Of a stretch of 64,000 nt of DNA, positions 39,766-52,086 are shown in pieces. The position numbers and the translations under genes are program-made. Source of the stretch: Octopus sinensis (Eukaryota); NCBI RefSeq assembly GCF_006345805.1, contig NC_042999.1, forward strand, positions 4,402,001 through 4,466,000, in the 5' to 3' direction. The notes beneath the pieces are model-generated. The model did no database searches and was not told where the DNA came from. It saw nothing but the letters and a program-made list of their open reading frames with translations. Within the stretch, counting starts at the first letter, position 1; every line of letters begins with the position of its first letter.

Positions 39766-41024
39766 AAACCTGTATTGATAGTTATATATAGATTTGTATA
39801 GCTCTGTGGTGAAGAAGGTTACTTCCCACTGATTTCAGGTTCAGTCCCACTGCATGGCATCTTGGGTGTCTTCCACTGTATCTCTGGGCCAAACCAAAGC
39901 CTTTGATTTGGTATAAACTGAACGAAGCCTACTGTGTATGTGTGTGTGTTTGTCCATATATAATAATAATAATAACAACAACAATAATAATAATGTAGGA
40001 AGCTACATGAAGTATAAAACCAAAAAGGAAAAATTCAGTCATCACTAATTGTGACCTATATTGCTGTCAGTAAATGAAAATGTGCTTCCTTGCAGTTCTA
40101 AGGGTTTTAGTTCTTGCAATATAGGTGATACCCAGCACCTTCTGTCACAAATAGTGATGATTGAATTATATATATATATATATATAAAGTATAAAGAAAG
40201 GAAAAGATATATAGGTGTAGACGATCTTTAATTCAAATCCAAGTTGGTACAAATCCAATATAAATTAAATTCTGAAAATTGTTTTGGAGTCTAATTAATT
40301 CCAAAGACAAGAACAAAATACCTCTTCTTGAAATAAAAATTAGATTTTTCGTTAGGAATTACATATTGTTATGAATAATTACGACCAACAAATATATATA
40401 TAGAGAGAGAGAGACAGACAGACAGACAGAGACACAAGGAGAGAGAGAGAGATTCATACATACATACATGCATGCACACATACACACACAGTGTCTATTA
40501 ATATAACAAAGTGTATATATACCACAAAATTCTATATAAAAAAACAAACAGTGAATTTATAGAATTAAAACAGCATATACGGAACAAATTCACCCGGCAA
40601 AATGTGAAAATTTGTATTAATTCCTGTCTGTCAGAGAAAGGCCTCCAATAACACTTAAGCTTATAGCATTAACTCTGAACAGAACTTACTGCCCTAGGTG
40701 TCAAAACATTTCTCCATTAAAGGATTAAAATACAACTTTATACAAAGTGACAATTTAACTTCTAACAGTAGAAAGGATTTTAATAATAGCTTGCAGACAT
40801 CATTTCCATTTTTGTTTTAGACGAAACGGAAGTAAACACTTGCTTCTTTCCAAGGTGTTTACAAGTTTCTTTTGAATATTATGACATATGTCCTAAATGC
40901 CCTTTACACAAACAAAAGTAACTCTTATTTTTTTCAAATGAAAACTCATATTGCATTCGGATGATTTTTAATATATTTTTATGCTTTCTTTTATGTTTTA
41001 ATTTTGTTTCTTTTTTTTTTTCAG

Positions 41025-41067
41025 AGAAGGATGTTCTTCGGAATAAATCATTTCGCTTATCAAGATG
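41025..41067 (+). CDS. CACNA2D: alpha2-delta exon D (K-KDVLRNKSFRLSR-W), phase 1-2
   Basis: Long polypyrimidine tract + cAG, donor ATG|GTAAGC, 43 nt. Supplies the TG of the conserved W(K)YC motif completed by exon E. Confidence 0.8.
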
Positions 41068-42268
41068 GTAAGCAGTTACTGCTTTATTTTGTTTTATTTT
41101 TTTTCTAACTCATTTATTAATTTTTTTTTGTGATTTATTTGTTTAAGCAAAGACTTTTTAAAAGAAAATACATCTACTTTAAATGAAAAAAAAAGTAAAT
41201 AATTATGTTCACTTGGACATACATACATACACACACATACATACATTTACACAAACCGTGTATGTACAGACATACACACACTTACATGTACTGACTCGCC
41301 AATATACACACACATGTACAAACACACAAACACATGCAGTCTCACAAACACATGCATGTACAAAGACACACAGACATATTCACAAGTAATCTTCGTTAAA
41401 TACTTAACACAGAAATATTAATAACTTTTATGCAGTTCAGCTATTTGTGTGTCTCTACATCATACTTGTTTACATATTTATATATTGTATTTATATATGT
41501 ATATGTCGGTGGCACATAAAAAGCACCATCCAAACGTGGCCGTTGCCAGCGCCGCCTTGGCTGGCACGTTAAAAGCTCCAACCGATCGTGGCCGATGTCG
41601 GACCCCCCCCTGGCACCTGTGCAGGTGGCACGTAAAAAGCACCCACTACACTCGCGGAATAGTTGGCGTTAGGAAGGGCATCCAGCCGTAGAAACTCTGC
41701 CAGATCAGACTGGAGCCTGGAGCAGCCCCTGGCTTCCCAGACCCCGGTCGAACCGTCCAACCCGTGCTAGCGCAGAAAACGGACGTTAAACGATGATGAT
41801 GATATATGTGTGTGTACGTGTTTGCACATATATACACATACATGCACACACACACATATATATATTTGTATGTAAGTATGTATCATCATCATCATCCTCA
41901 TCATCGTCATTTAACGTTTGTTGTCCATGCTGGCATTGTTTGGATGATTTGACCAGGGCGAGTAAGCTGGATGGCTGCACCAGACTCCAGTTTGATTTGG
42001 CTGGATGCTCTTCCTGATGCCAACCACTCAGAGCGTAATGGATGCTTTTACATGCCACCAGCATGGGTGCCATTTGTGTGGCATCAGTATTTGCCACGAC
42101 TGATTTTGCTCAGCTTCATGGGTCTTCTTCTCAAACACAACATAATGCCAAAGGTCTCAGTCATTGCCTCCGTGAGGCCCAACACATGAAAGGAACTCAA
42201 CCACTTTGCCTCCCTCAGGCCCAATGCTCATGTGTGTGTGTGTGTGTGTGTTCACATATGTATATATA

Positions 42269-42498
42269 TTTCTTTACTACCCACAAGGGGCCAAACGTAG
42301 AGGAGACAAACAAGACAGACAAAGGGATCAAGTCAATTACATCGACCCCAGTGCGTAACTGGTACTTAATTTATCGATCCCGAAAGGATGAAAGGCAAAG
42401 TCGACCTCGGCGGAATTTGAACTCAGAATGTAATGACAGACGAAATACGGCTACGCATTTCGCCCGGCGTGCTAACGTTTCTGCCAACTCACCGCCCT
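42269..42498 (-). mobile_element. SINE family 2
   Basis: Same family sequence. Confidence 0.85.
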
Positions 42499-43810
42499 AT
42501 ATATACACATATTTATATATACTCTCATACATACACATGTATATATAAGCATAGCTGTCACTCACAAATGAGTATGACTTCCTATCATGCTTTTACCAAT
42601 TTTATTAAGTGCTGATATAGTCACAAGCAGGCATAGACATCCTCATGGCCCATTGATCCCTGACCCCTTACACTGCAGACTATACAGGAAGGTTGCAGTA
42701 ACACTGGTCTGGTGCTCAGTTTATAGTGAGCAAGCTGGAGCAATGTGAAAACAGCAAACCTTCTTCGAGGAGACAATGCAGTGTCCCTTCAAGTAATCCA
42801 CTCACAACTTTATGTCTGTGAGCCCAACACACACACACACACATATGCACATGTGCATGCACACACACACACACACAACTCGTACATCATCATCCTTATC
42901 ATCATCAACATTTTCCATGGGTTGGCCAGTTTTAACAGGAGCTGGCCAGCCAGAGAACTGCCCAGGCTCCAATTGTCTGTTTTGGCATGGTTTCTATGGG
43001 TGAATGTTTTTCCTAATGCCAACCAATTTATAGAGTGTACTGGATGTTCTTTATATTGCACAGCAATGTTGCTTTTTATGTGGGAACACCAACACCAGCA
43101 GGATCACTAAGTAACCTGCAAGACAAAGACCTCTCAACCGGGCGAAGGAGTGGTACCAAGGGAAGTGGCTTTGTGCCAGGTGAGAATATAACAGAGGGGT
43201 AGAGACAGGTGTCTTATTTTAAAGGAGATACTCGGCTACCCCAATAGAAAAAGAGAGAAGAGGTGGGAGTGATAGAGTCAGAGAGAGAGAGAAAGAGTCA
43301 GAGTCAGAGTGAGAAATAGATTGTGTTGGAGATGCATTAGGACCTACCCACAGGAAACAGTGGGGTTTAATATATATATATATATATATATATGTGTGAA
43401 GGTGCATGGCTCAGTGGTTAGGATGTTACACTTAGGATTTCGAGATCGTGGGTTCAATTCCTAGACCAGGCATTGCAGTTGTGTTCTTGAGCAAAGCACT
43501 CCATTTCACATTGCTCTGCAATCATTTCATCATTTGATATGTGGCACCCGTTGCACCTGTATAGGTGATGTCGATTTGATGGAGGGTGTGAGCTCACCAC
43601 TAGATGAAGGTAAGTTTTTAATTAACCTTATAGAGTTAAAACTTACCTGAGCTAGTTTGTGTTTTTATAACCTCACCTGGAGGTCCAGAATTGCATCTCC
43701 CTGATCCTTTGACCCTTACCTTCACTGTCTTTCCTTCAACTACTAAACTTCAAAGTTTCAAATTCACCATAAATTACATTAAACGTTTGAGAGAGGGTCT
43801 ATATAGATAC

Positions 43811-44045
43811 AAGGCGGCGAGCTGGCAGAAGCATTAGCACGCCGGGCGAAATGCTTTGCGGTATTTCGTCTGCCATTACGTTGTGAGTTCAAATTCCGCC
43901 GAGGTTGACTTTGCCTTTCATCCTTTCGGGGTCGATAAATTAAGCACAAGTTACGCACTGGGGTCGATGTAATTGACTTAATACCTATGTCTGTCCTTGT
44001 TTGTCCCCTCTGTGTTTAGCCCTTTGTGGGTAATAAAGAAATATG
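43811..44045 (+). mobile_element. SINE family 2
   Basis: Head AAGGCGGCGAGCTGGCAGAA, B box GAGTTCAAATTC, TSD TATAGATAC. Confidence 0.88.
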
Positions 44046-44206
44046 TATAGATACTTGGCACTATACCTACCTCATTATCAGGATTAATTATGACTAAACA
44101 AAATAAAACATATTTCTAAGTTACACACCTAAGCATATATGTCTAATTATGAAATACAAAATTATCTAATAATTACTCATATCTTAATTTGCTTGTTGTC
44201 TCAAAG

Positions 44207-44292
44207 GAAATACTGTGAGAACCAGGAAGAAACCAGTATGTCGAGATTATATGAAAGTATTATGAGAGCGAAACGTGCAACACCTGAGAAAT
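44207..44292 (+). CDS. CACNA2D: alpha2-delta exon E (W-KYCENQEETSMSRLYESIMRAKRATPEK-C), phase 2-1
   Basis: Acceptor ttgcttgttgtctcaaAG, donor GTAAGA, WKYC motif. Lies inside ORF 44139-44486. Confidence 0.85.
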
Positions 44293-44439
44293 GTAAGAAT
44301 TCAAATGTCTTCTTTGTGAATTTTAAATTCATTTACAGCCTTTATCTTTTTATATCAACATCATTATCATTGTCGTCGTCATCATTATCATCGTTCGCAT
44401 CATTATCCTCATCATCATCATCATTACCAATATTATTAA

Positions 44440-44472
<33 letters not shown>

Positions 44473-44589
44473 CATTATTGCAGTGAGCTGGTTGAGCCGT
44501 AAACATGCTGGACAAAATGCTTAGTGGCATTTCATCTGTCTTTATGTTCTAAGTCCAAATTCCAATGAGGGTAGCTACAATTACTTGAT

Positions 44590-45420
44590 CTATGAGGGGT
44601 ATTCCTTATATAATTCTTCATTTGTGATTATGTTAGAGAGGCTACTATAGGTAATTTTAACAGAATTTCTATTAAAGGTCTTGTGATAATTATAGGAGTG
44701 TTTGAAGTGGGTATCTATAAATTAGAAAATGTGTAGCTATATTTATAGCCACATTCATGCTGTGTGGAGGATTATACCATAATATTTTCCCATGTCATAT
44801 TTTTTTGATTTACCTCCATTTGGTTTAATATAGATTATACTACTCTTAAAATTGAAACTTTCTAATACAATGCTGTAATAGAGGGCTGCATTTTGAAAGT
44901 TGCTTCATCAAAGAATAGTTTGGAAACATGCCTACAAATGCTATTTACTAATTGTTTAATCATTGATTATTGACAGTCAGTGGTTAGAGCCTCTGTCAGT
45001 GTAGCTGTCCTCATTTGGTCTATGGAAGGGTTTTAAATTTTCTTGCAGCTGACAAAATATTTTTGCATAATTTTTTTCTTATCTTATCCATGTCATGGCC
45101 ATTTTCATTATGTAGTACTCATAGACTGTCATCCCTATATAATTCCGTGCTGGCATCTTCTGTTTCGCTATTAAGCATACATAGGATTTAGAGGCCAATC
45201 ATATCCTCAATCTCTACTATACCATGGTTCCCCAGAGTGACATCAAATAGTTCATCTCCATTCTTTCTCATCCAATAGATATTATGGAAAAGCAATGATT
45301 TCCTTGTTTTCATCATAACGTTAGTGATGGTTGTATATGCTTTACTAAACTCAAGTGCCTTTGAGAGGAGATTTTTGGAGACCGAGGGGTAAAAATCCAT
45401 GATGAATTTGCACTGCTATA
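44590..45420 (-). mobile_element. Decayed Penelope-like element reverse transcriptase fragment
   Basis: MDFYPSVSKNLLSKALEF...RKSLLF...W.RK..LFDVTLG...EI.DMIGL, then ELYRDDSL (about 45123-45146): PLE RT motifs with stops and frameshifts. Confidence 0.8.
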
Positions 45421-45791
45421 TATTCATTGATTAAGGTTTAAGGAGGTTCTGATGTGTATTATATTATCAATGGATATGTAGCATTCTTGTGAAGATTGTA
45501 GAGATTTTTTCCACATGAAACCATCAGTTGCCTTGTTAATCTATTAATAAAGTGTGTGTGTGTATGTATATGCGTATGTACATATATACATATATATACA
45601 TATATACATATACACACATACACATACACACACACACACAAATGTGTAAACAAATGAATGGAGTAGCACTCAACACAAAGTTGGATTTTGATCTATCAAC
45701 AGGCTGACTTAGCTCCTTGTGTTATTTAAACTCTCACAGACATGAAACTCAAGTAGCTCCTCAGACATTCTCAAGCAAAGTGAAGAACTAG

Positions 45792-46080
45792 CAAAGCAGC
45801 TTCTTTTACAGAGAGAACTTTACCCCAATTCATCAGTTTGGATCATGTTGCTGCTGTAATAACTTAGCAACAACATAGTTAATTGCCACATGGATGTTAA
45901 TGCATAAGATGGGATGGTAATTCTTACCATCCCACATGCATCAAACATCATGCTTCAATAACTAAGTAGCATTAACATCCATGTGGCAATTAATTATGTT
46001 GTTGCTAAGTTATTACAGCAGCAACATGATCCAAACTGATGAATTGGGGTAAAGTTCTCTCTGTAGAAGAAGCTGTTTTG
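45792..46080. repeat. Inverted repeat, 112-bp arms, 65-nt spacer with internal hairpin
   Basis: 45792-45903 vs reverse complement of 45969-46080 shows three differences; the spacer contains TGGGATGGTAA/TTACCATCCCA. Confidence 0.92.
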
Positions 46081-46096
46081 GCTTATGTGTTATATT

Positions 46097-46491
46097 CAGG
46101 AGTGGCTTTGTGGTAAGTAGCTTGCTAACCAACCACAGGGTTCCGGGTTCAGTCCCACTGCGTGGCATCTTGGGCAAGTGTTTTCTGCTATAGCTCCGGG
46201 CCGACCAATGCCTTGTGAGTGGATTTGGTAGACGGAAACTGAAAGAAGCCTGTCGTATATATGTATATATATATATGTGTGTTTGTGTGTCTGTGTTTGT
46301 CCCCCTAGCATTGCTTGACAACCAATGCTGGTGTGTTTACGTCCCCGTCACTTAGCGGTTTGGCAAAAGAGACCGATAGAATAAGCACTGGGCTTACAAA
46401 GAATAAGTCCCGGGGTCGATTTGCTCGACTAAAGGCGGTGCTCCAGCATGGCCACAGTCAAAATGACTGAAACAAGTAAAAGAGTAAAAGA
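46097..46491 (+). mobile_element. SINE family 1
   Basis: Same family sequence. Confidence 0.9.
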
Positions 46492-47225
46492 ATATATGTG
46501 CATGTAATATGTATGTGTGTGTGTTTTGTAAAGTGTGGATAAGAATGTGCACCAGGAGGTGAATGAAACATCATATGAAAGTTAATCAAAACAATACTGT
46601 AACACCTACTGCAAGAGGTACCCATCATGGCCACATCTGTGCAAAAGTGTGTAAGTCTTCAAACAGTACTGCAGAGCATTTTAAAGAGAACAATCAAGCA
46701 ATGGCATTACTTTTGATACCAACCTGCCTGAGCCTGTCCCTATATCTGTGATATAAACTTCCTGTTTGAAAGTAATCTAACTCAAAAACCATCCATCAAA
46801 ATTTCATAGTGATTTATGTTCCAAACATAATGACCAAGTTATTCAACTAAATTCTTCATTATTTTCTTCAAAATTCTTCAAAATTAATTGAAACAAAAGT
46901 AACCTATCCTAATGGAAATATTACTCTGTCAAACTTTATATCAATTTTGTTGTTTTTCACAGAAATATATATGCATACTTTCCTTTATAACAAATGTATA
47001 GCCAGTCACATGCATAGTTACTGACTAAAAACATGCCCAAATGCACAAATTCAGAACTTTATATGCATGCAAAAACAAATCATTTACCTGAGTATAACTT
47101 GCACAAGAATATGTAAAAATGCAGTCAGTTGTCATGCACCACTGCACACATATTGATACAGCTCAACTGATATGTTATTAAATACAATTCCAAATTTGAC
47201 TGCAATTGACTGAATCTTCTTGCAG

Positions 47226-47322
47226 GTGACCGAGATTTAGTTAATCTTTTAGCTTTTGATGCTGACATGCTGGTAAAACTCTTCAAAGTATGGAAAGGAA
47301 AGAAGAGGGAAAAAATTAAGAA
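47226..47322 (+). CDS. CACNA2D: alpha2-delta exon F (C-DRDLVNLLAFDADMLVKLFKVWKGKKREKIK-K), phase 1-2
   Basis: Acceptor tcttcttgcAG, donor GTATGT. CDxxLxxxLxFDA...W is a hallmark alpha2-delta motif. Confidence 0.92.
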
Positions 47323-48017
47323 GTATGTACAAAATATCTTGTTCAAATATTTCGTGAATAATTGCAATATTTTGACGTAGAATATTGATTTTTTAATCTT
47401 TCATTGATTCTGTCTTCCATTTTTAATGTTATTATATGCTTTTATTTCAATTCATACTTTGTATTACAATTTTTAAAATTTTAATTTCAATCAATTATTT
47501 CTATTTATAGAGCTATTCATCATCTTTTGATTTTTCTTTTCCTTTTTTCTTTCTTTATAATAAATTTTCTTCTTAGAAGAAAGCGCAAACATTTCAGCTC
47601 TTAGTCACTGAAAATTTTAGGCATTAACCCATTAGGCTATTTGCTATCCAAATCTCTAAATAAACTTAAACCAGTTCCCTTTGGCTAAATCACTTGCCAA
47701 TCAAATTGAACAGGTATCTATCTTTAGACATTTGAAAACTGATTCAAAGGTGTAATATTCTTTAAAATAATTTTATTTTCATTTCTTACCTTAATAGTTT
47801 CTCTTTAAACCATAGGTGTGAGAATAATACGTTTTCAAATGTTACAAATTATCATTCCAACATTTAGATACATTTTGGATTACTTTGAAACATGTCTCCA
47901 GAATCTGAATGAAGTGCTATATTATTTGTTCAATGGACTGTAAGCACCAGACACTTATTGCTTAGTTCCAATGACTTTATATTCTAGGTCACTTAATAGA
48001 ATAGTTATTATCTAAAG

Positions 48018-48316
48018 CAGTGATTCTCAACCATTTTTCACCTATGGACTCCCTGTGATTGCTATTTTACTCGGCTGGCTCCACATAGCCATTCAATGTT
48101 AGGAAAAGTCCTATTATATTTTTATAATTAAATATTATTAAGAATTGTATTAAAAATAATAATGTTTAGGTATTTGTTTTGCAAGATTCTTTAAAAATTT
48201 TTTTTTTTATGTTTTGTGTATTGTAGAAATATAACTAGTTTATTGCACACAAATTTTAACAACAAACTCTTATATGGAGCCCTAAGGGTCATATCGACCC
48301 CAGTTGAGAACCCTTG
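48018..48316. mobile_element. hAT (Charlie/MER5-like) non-autonomous element
   Basis: 8-bp TSD ATCTAAAG (48010-17, 48317-24); TIRs CAGTGATTCTCAAC / GTTGAGAACCCTTG. Confidence 0.88.
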
Positions 48317-48931
48317 ATCTAAAGAAGGTTCTCCACTAAATCCATGACCATGCTTTCTAGTTCTACTCTAATCATGTAGAATTATAAAAAGCATCTACAC
48401 AAATCTGAAGTCTCATGATTACGAGTATAAATGAAATTCATTAATTTTTTATAAAGCTGACGTATTTGTTCATTAAACATCAGTGTTGATAGTATCCAAC
48501 AGCGTTTTTTGTAAACCTATATCATCGTTCTTCACATCCAACTATAAAATGTAAAAGTTAGGTGCCTCAGTTATCAAGTTGTTTGTTTGATTGATTGCCT
48601 GAGCATCTGCCCTAGTTTCATCAAACGACTGAAACTAGGAAGTCCAAATTATTTTATGAGTGTTTACAAAGCAAGATAAACAATTGTTATTTTATTTCAT
48701 TCCATTATGTTTTATTTATTTATTTGTTTGTTTGTTTGTTTGTTTGTGTATTTATTTATTGAGAAATTTTGCTGAGATGAAAAATAAAAATCAATAAATC
48801 AAAATCCAAAATGCAATATAAAGATAAGTTATACAATGAACAAAATCAGTTGCATGAAATATTAAATTCAATAGAAATACGCCTCCATACTGAGTTACAT
48901 AGCAACACAACTTGTTTCAGACATTGGTGGC

Positions 48932-48983
<52 letters not shown>

Positions 48984-50372
48984 GTAATAATAATAATGTG
49001 AAATTCATTCAAATATTGACCACTGCATATGTAAAGGAACATTTCCTTTTGTTTCTATTCATTAAATTTTTACGCTTTTATTGGTGAGTTCCAGCATTGC
49101 TGAGGCACGACCATTAAATTGGGTCAGATATTTATTCCAAATATGAAACAGGGTGGAGGGGGGGAAGAAGATGCAGGCCAATACCATTCTGCTTGGAGGA
49201 TTATTTTTTTTTTTTTTTTCTGGTTTTACTGCAATATATTTATTGATGATCTAATGTAGAACTATCATTGAAATAAATGAATTACAGCTTCTACATGTAA
49301 AAAGAGAAGAATCATCATCATCATTATCATCCCATTGCATCTGCATTCCATGTTTGGTATGGGTCAGATGAGTCATCATAGCCTATGTTACTTCTTATTC
49401 AGAGTTACTGCTCTCCAAAGCATGGTCAGGGATCCATGTCTTGTTCATACACTTTATTTCAGTTTGGCTTCAATGGCTTAATACCCTTTTCAAAATATGC
49501 TGAGGGTATTTTATTAGGGCAATGTTGCTAGAACAGTTATTAAGCCATTCAAGATCCAAGAAAAATGTCTAGAACTAGTGTATCCAGAAAATTCACCATA
49601 AGAAATTTTGCCATGTAGAAAAATTCACTGTATGGACATTTATAAAGCATATTATATCAGAATGATAAAAGGGTTTACAAAAGTTTTAAATAGAAAAATC
49701 TTTATTCAACACCAAACATTAAAAAAAATGTGATGTGGTCATTTAAAATGAAATTTCTTAATTGAAATTTCCTATATCCTGAAACCACATCATTCCTTAT
49801 GCACAATTTTCTGTGGTTGCTTCTTGTCAAGGTTTTCTATTTAGTGCCACATGAAAGTATGTGGAAGATTCATGAACGTTTTAGATGTCCACTTCATTTA
49901 TTTAGAAATGTTGAGACTCTTCATGAAGATCTGACAGGACGGATGCTCTATAACGAATACCTTTTTTCATCCTTCTTTATGGGTGTTAAGCAAAAGGAAT
50001 TTTTTTTTTTTGCTTCTACTTTTTTCAATCTAAACCTTGCAGCTATAATGCAATCAATACCACAACTCTCAGCTGGAATTTTGATCCAATATTGTTAGGA
50101 TAGAAGTAGTTTTTTGTTTTGTTTTTAATTTTTGTTTTTGTTTTCTTCTTCTTTTCAACCTTCTGAGACTAAAAACAGCTGAAAAAACTAAAGTTTATAA
50201 TTCTTCTGAACTTCAATATGCTGATGGTAACACCATCAGAAAGCACAATTCTGAAAATCTACAGGCTATTTCAGATATATTTGGGAATCTATATGAATTC
50301 CTTGGTCTATGTATACCTTTAATCCTTTTAATATTAATCAACCTGAGATGACTTCTGGTTCTCAGATATAAA

Positions 50373-50666
50373 ACAGCACAGCTCCCATGACTTCAGGAAA
50401 CATTTTTTCATGCTGAGAGTTGCTGAAGCATGGAACAAACTGCCGACATCAGTTGTTAGTTGTTGGAGCACTGCATCCTTCAAAACTTCCATGCTTTCTG
50501 AGATTCGCCAACACTACACCTGATTTTCTCCCCTCCATACACACACAAGCATGTATCTGACTCATGCATTGTTCGCTTTCCAGACATTTGTACATTACTG
50601 CATATACTCTGACAAGTTGTGGTGCACCTGAGCACTGTATACAATAATTTCATTATTATTATTATA
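50373..50666 (+). mobile_element. CR1/L2-like LINE 3' end
   Basis: QHSSHDFRKHFFMLRVAEAWNKLPTSVV matches the FF..RV...WN.LP CR1 terminal motif; ends in (ATT)n. Confidence 0.7.
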
Positions 50667-51279
50667 AACATTTTGTTTCAAAGTAGTCTTCCCGTTAATT
50701 TGTATTCCAAAATTATTTTACTAAATTCTTCATTATTTTCAAAATTAATTGAAACAAATGCAGTGAATTTTATCAACAATATAATAACAAAAGGATTATG
50801 GTAACACAGACACCAGTTTCTTAACGGTGTCTGTGTTTATGACCTATAACAGTGTTACAGCAAATAAACAGTTATCCATCAACTAAAATCTCTTCAAAGA
50901 GATGCCCCAGTAATCCTGCAGTCCAATGACTGGAACAAATCATCATCATCATCGTTTAATGTTCGCTTTCCATGCTGGCATGGGTTGGACAGTTTGACTG
51001 AGAACTGGCAAGCCAGGAGGCTGCACCAGTCTCCAATCTGATCTGGCAAGGTTTCTACAGCTGGATGCCCTTCCTAATGCCAACCACTCTGAGAGTAGCT
51101 TTTTATGTGCCACTGGCATGGGGCATTGTCCACACTTTAATGGTGCTTTTTATGTTCCACTGGCACAGGAGCCAGTCAGGCAACACTGGCATCAAGAATA
51201 AAACAGTTATAATATATGATTTTTCTGTTGTTTTGGCTTTTATATGCTAATGGTATATATGTTTGTTTCCTCTTCCTAG

Positions 51280-51360
51280 GAAAGGGGTAGAAATTATTTT
51301 TGTCGGAACATCTTCTGGATTATTTCTGTATGAACAGTTTGTAGATGAATTGACTGATTT
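51280..51360 (+). CDS. CACNA2D: alpha2-delta exon G (K-KGVEIIFVGTSSGLFLYEQFVDELTD-F), phase 2-2
   Basis: Acceptor tttcctcttcctAG, donor GTAAGT. Matches the recalled GVEVAFLGTRTGL motif of alpha2-delta-3. Confidence 0.92.
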
Positions 51361-51519
51361 GTAAGTATTGATTTCCTTGGCTCAATAATTTAATTTCTTG
51401 GTTCTTTTTTTGTCTCTTTTTACAATTTTTCTATCATATTCATTAAAGTATATGATTTAGACAATTAAGCTATATGGGTAATGATATCAGGTGTGATGTC
51501 TTCATTCTGTGTCTCTCTT

Positions 51520-51582
<63 letters not shown>

Positions 51583-51761
51583 TTCTACTGCTACATTGTC
51601 ACATCAGTTCCAGCATAGTTTTTGTAAACATTCACACACACACACGCTCACATAATAAATACATTATATATGTGACAGACTTCCTTCAGTTTCTTTTAAC
51701 TCAATTAGTTCTCAAGGCAACCACAACAACTGAACCTGAAGCCATACCTATGCCTACATCA

Positions 51762-51801
<40 letters not shown>

Positions 51802-52035
51802 TTCCATCTGACCAATGTAAACATGGAGAAGTGGCTGTTAAATGATGATGATGCCAATAATGATATATACCTATATATATATATATATATATATATTACA
51901 GAGATGTACTTGCATAGCAAGTTACTTGATCTGAGATCATGTGCTGGAATGAAAACAATTGCAGCGTGGAAGGTGTTTATAAGCCATTTAAAAGCTCACA
52001 AAAACCATGAGATTCACTTCGACATTTAAATTTAA

Positions 52036-52086
52036 TTTGCCAAAATATTTTCATTGCTTTGAGACCGCTACCTGTTCACTGACAAA
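52036..52086 (-). ncRNA. Hammerhead-like motif with G3:C8 core (GTGAACA)
   Basis: Minus strand: TTTGTCA-GTGAACA-g-GTAGC ggtctcaaa GCAAT-GAAA-ATATTT-TGGCAAA. 7-bp stem I (one G.U), imperfect stem II, self-complementary AAATATTT stem III. Inside a (TA)n-flanked repeat at about 51895-52100. Confidence 0.5.
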
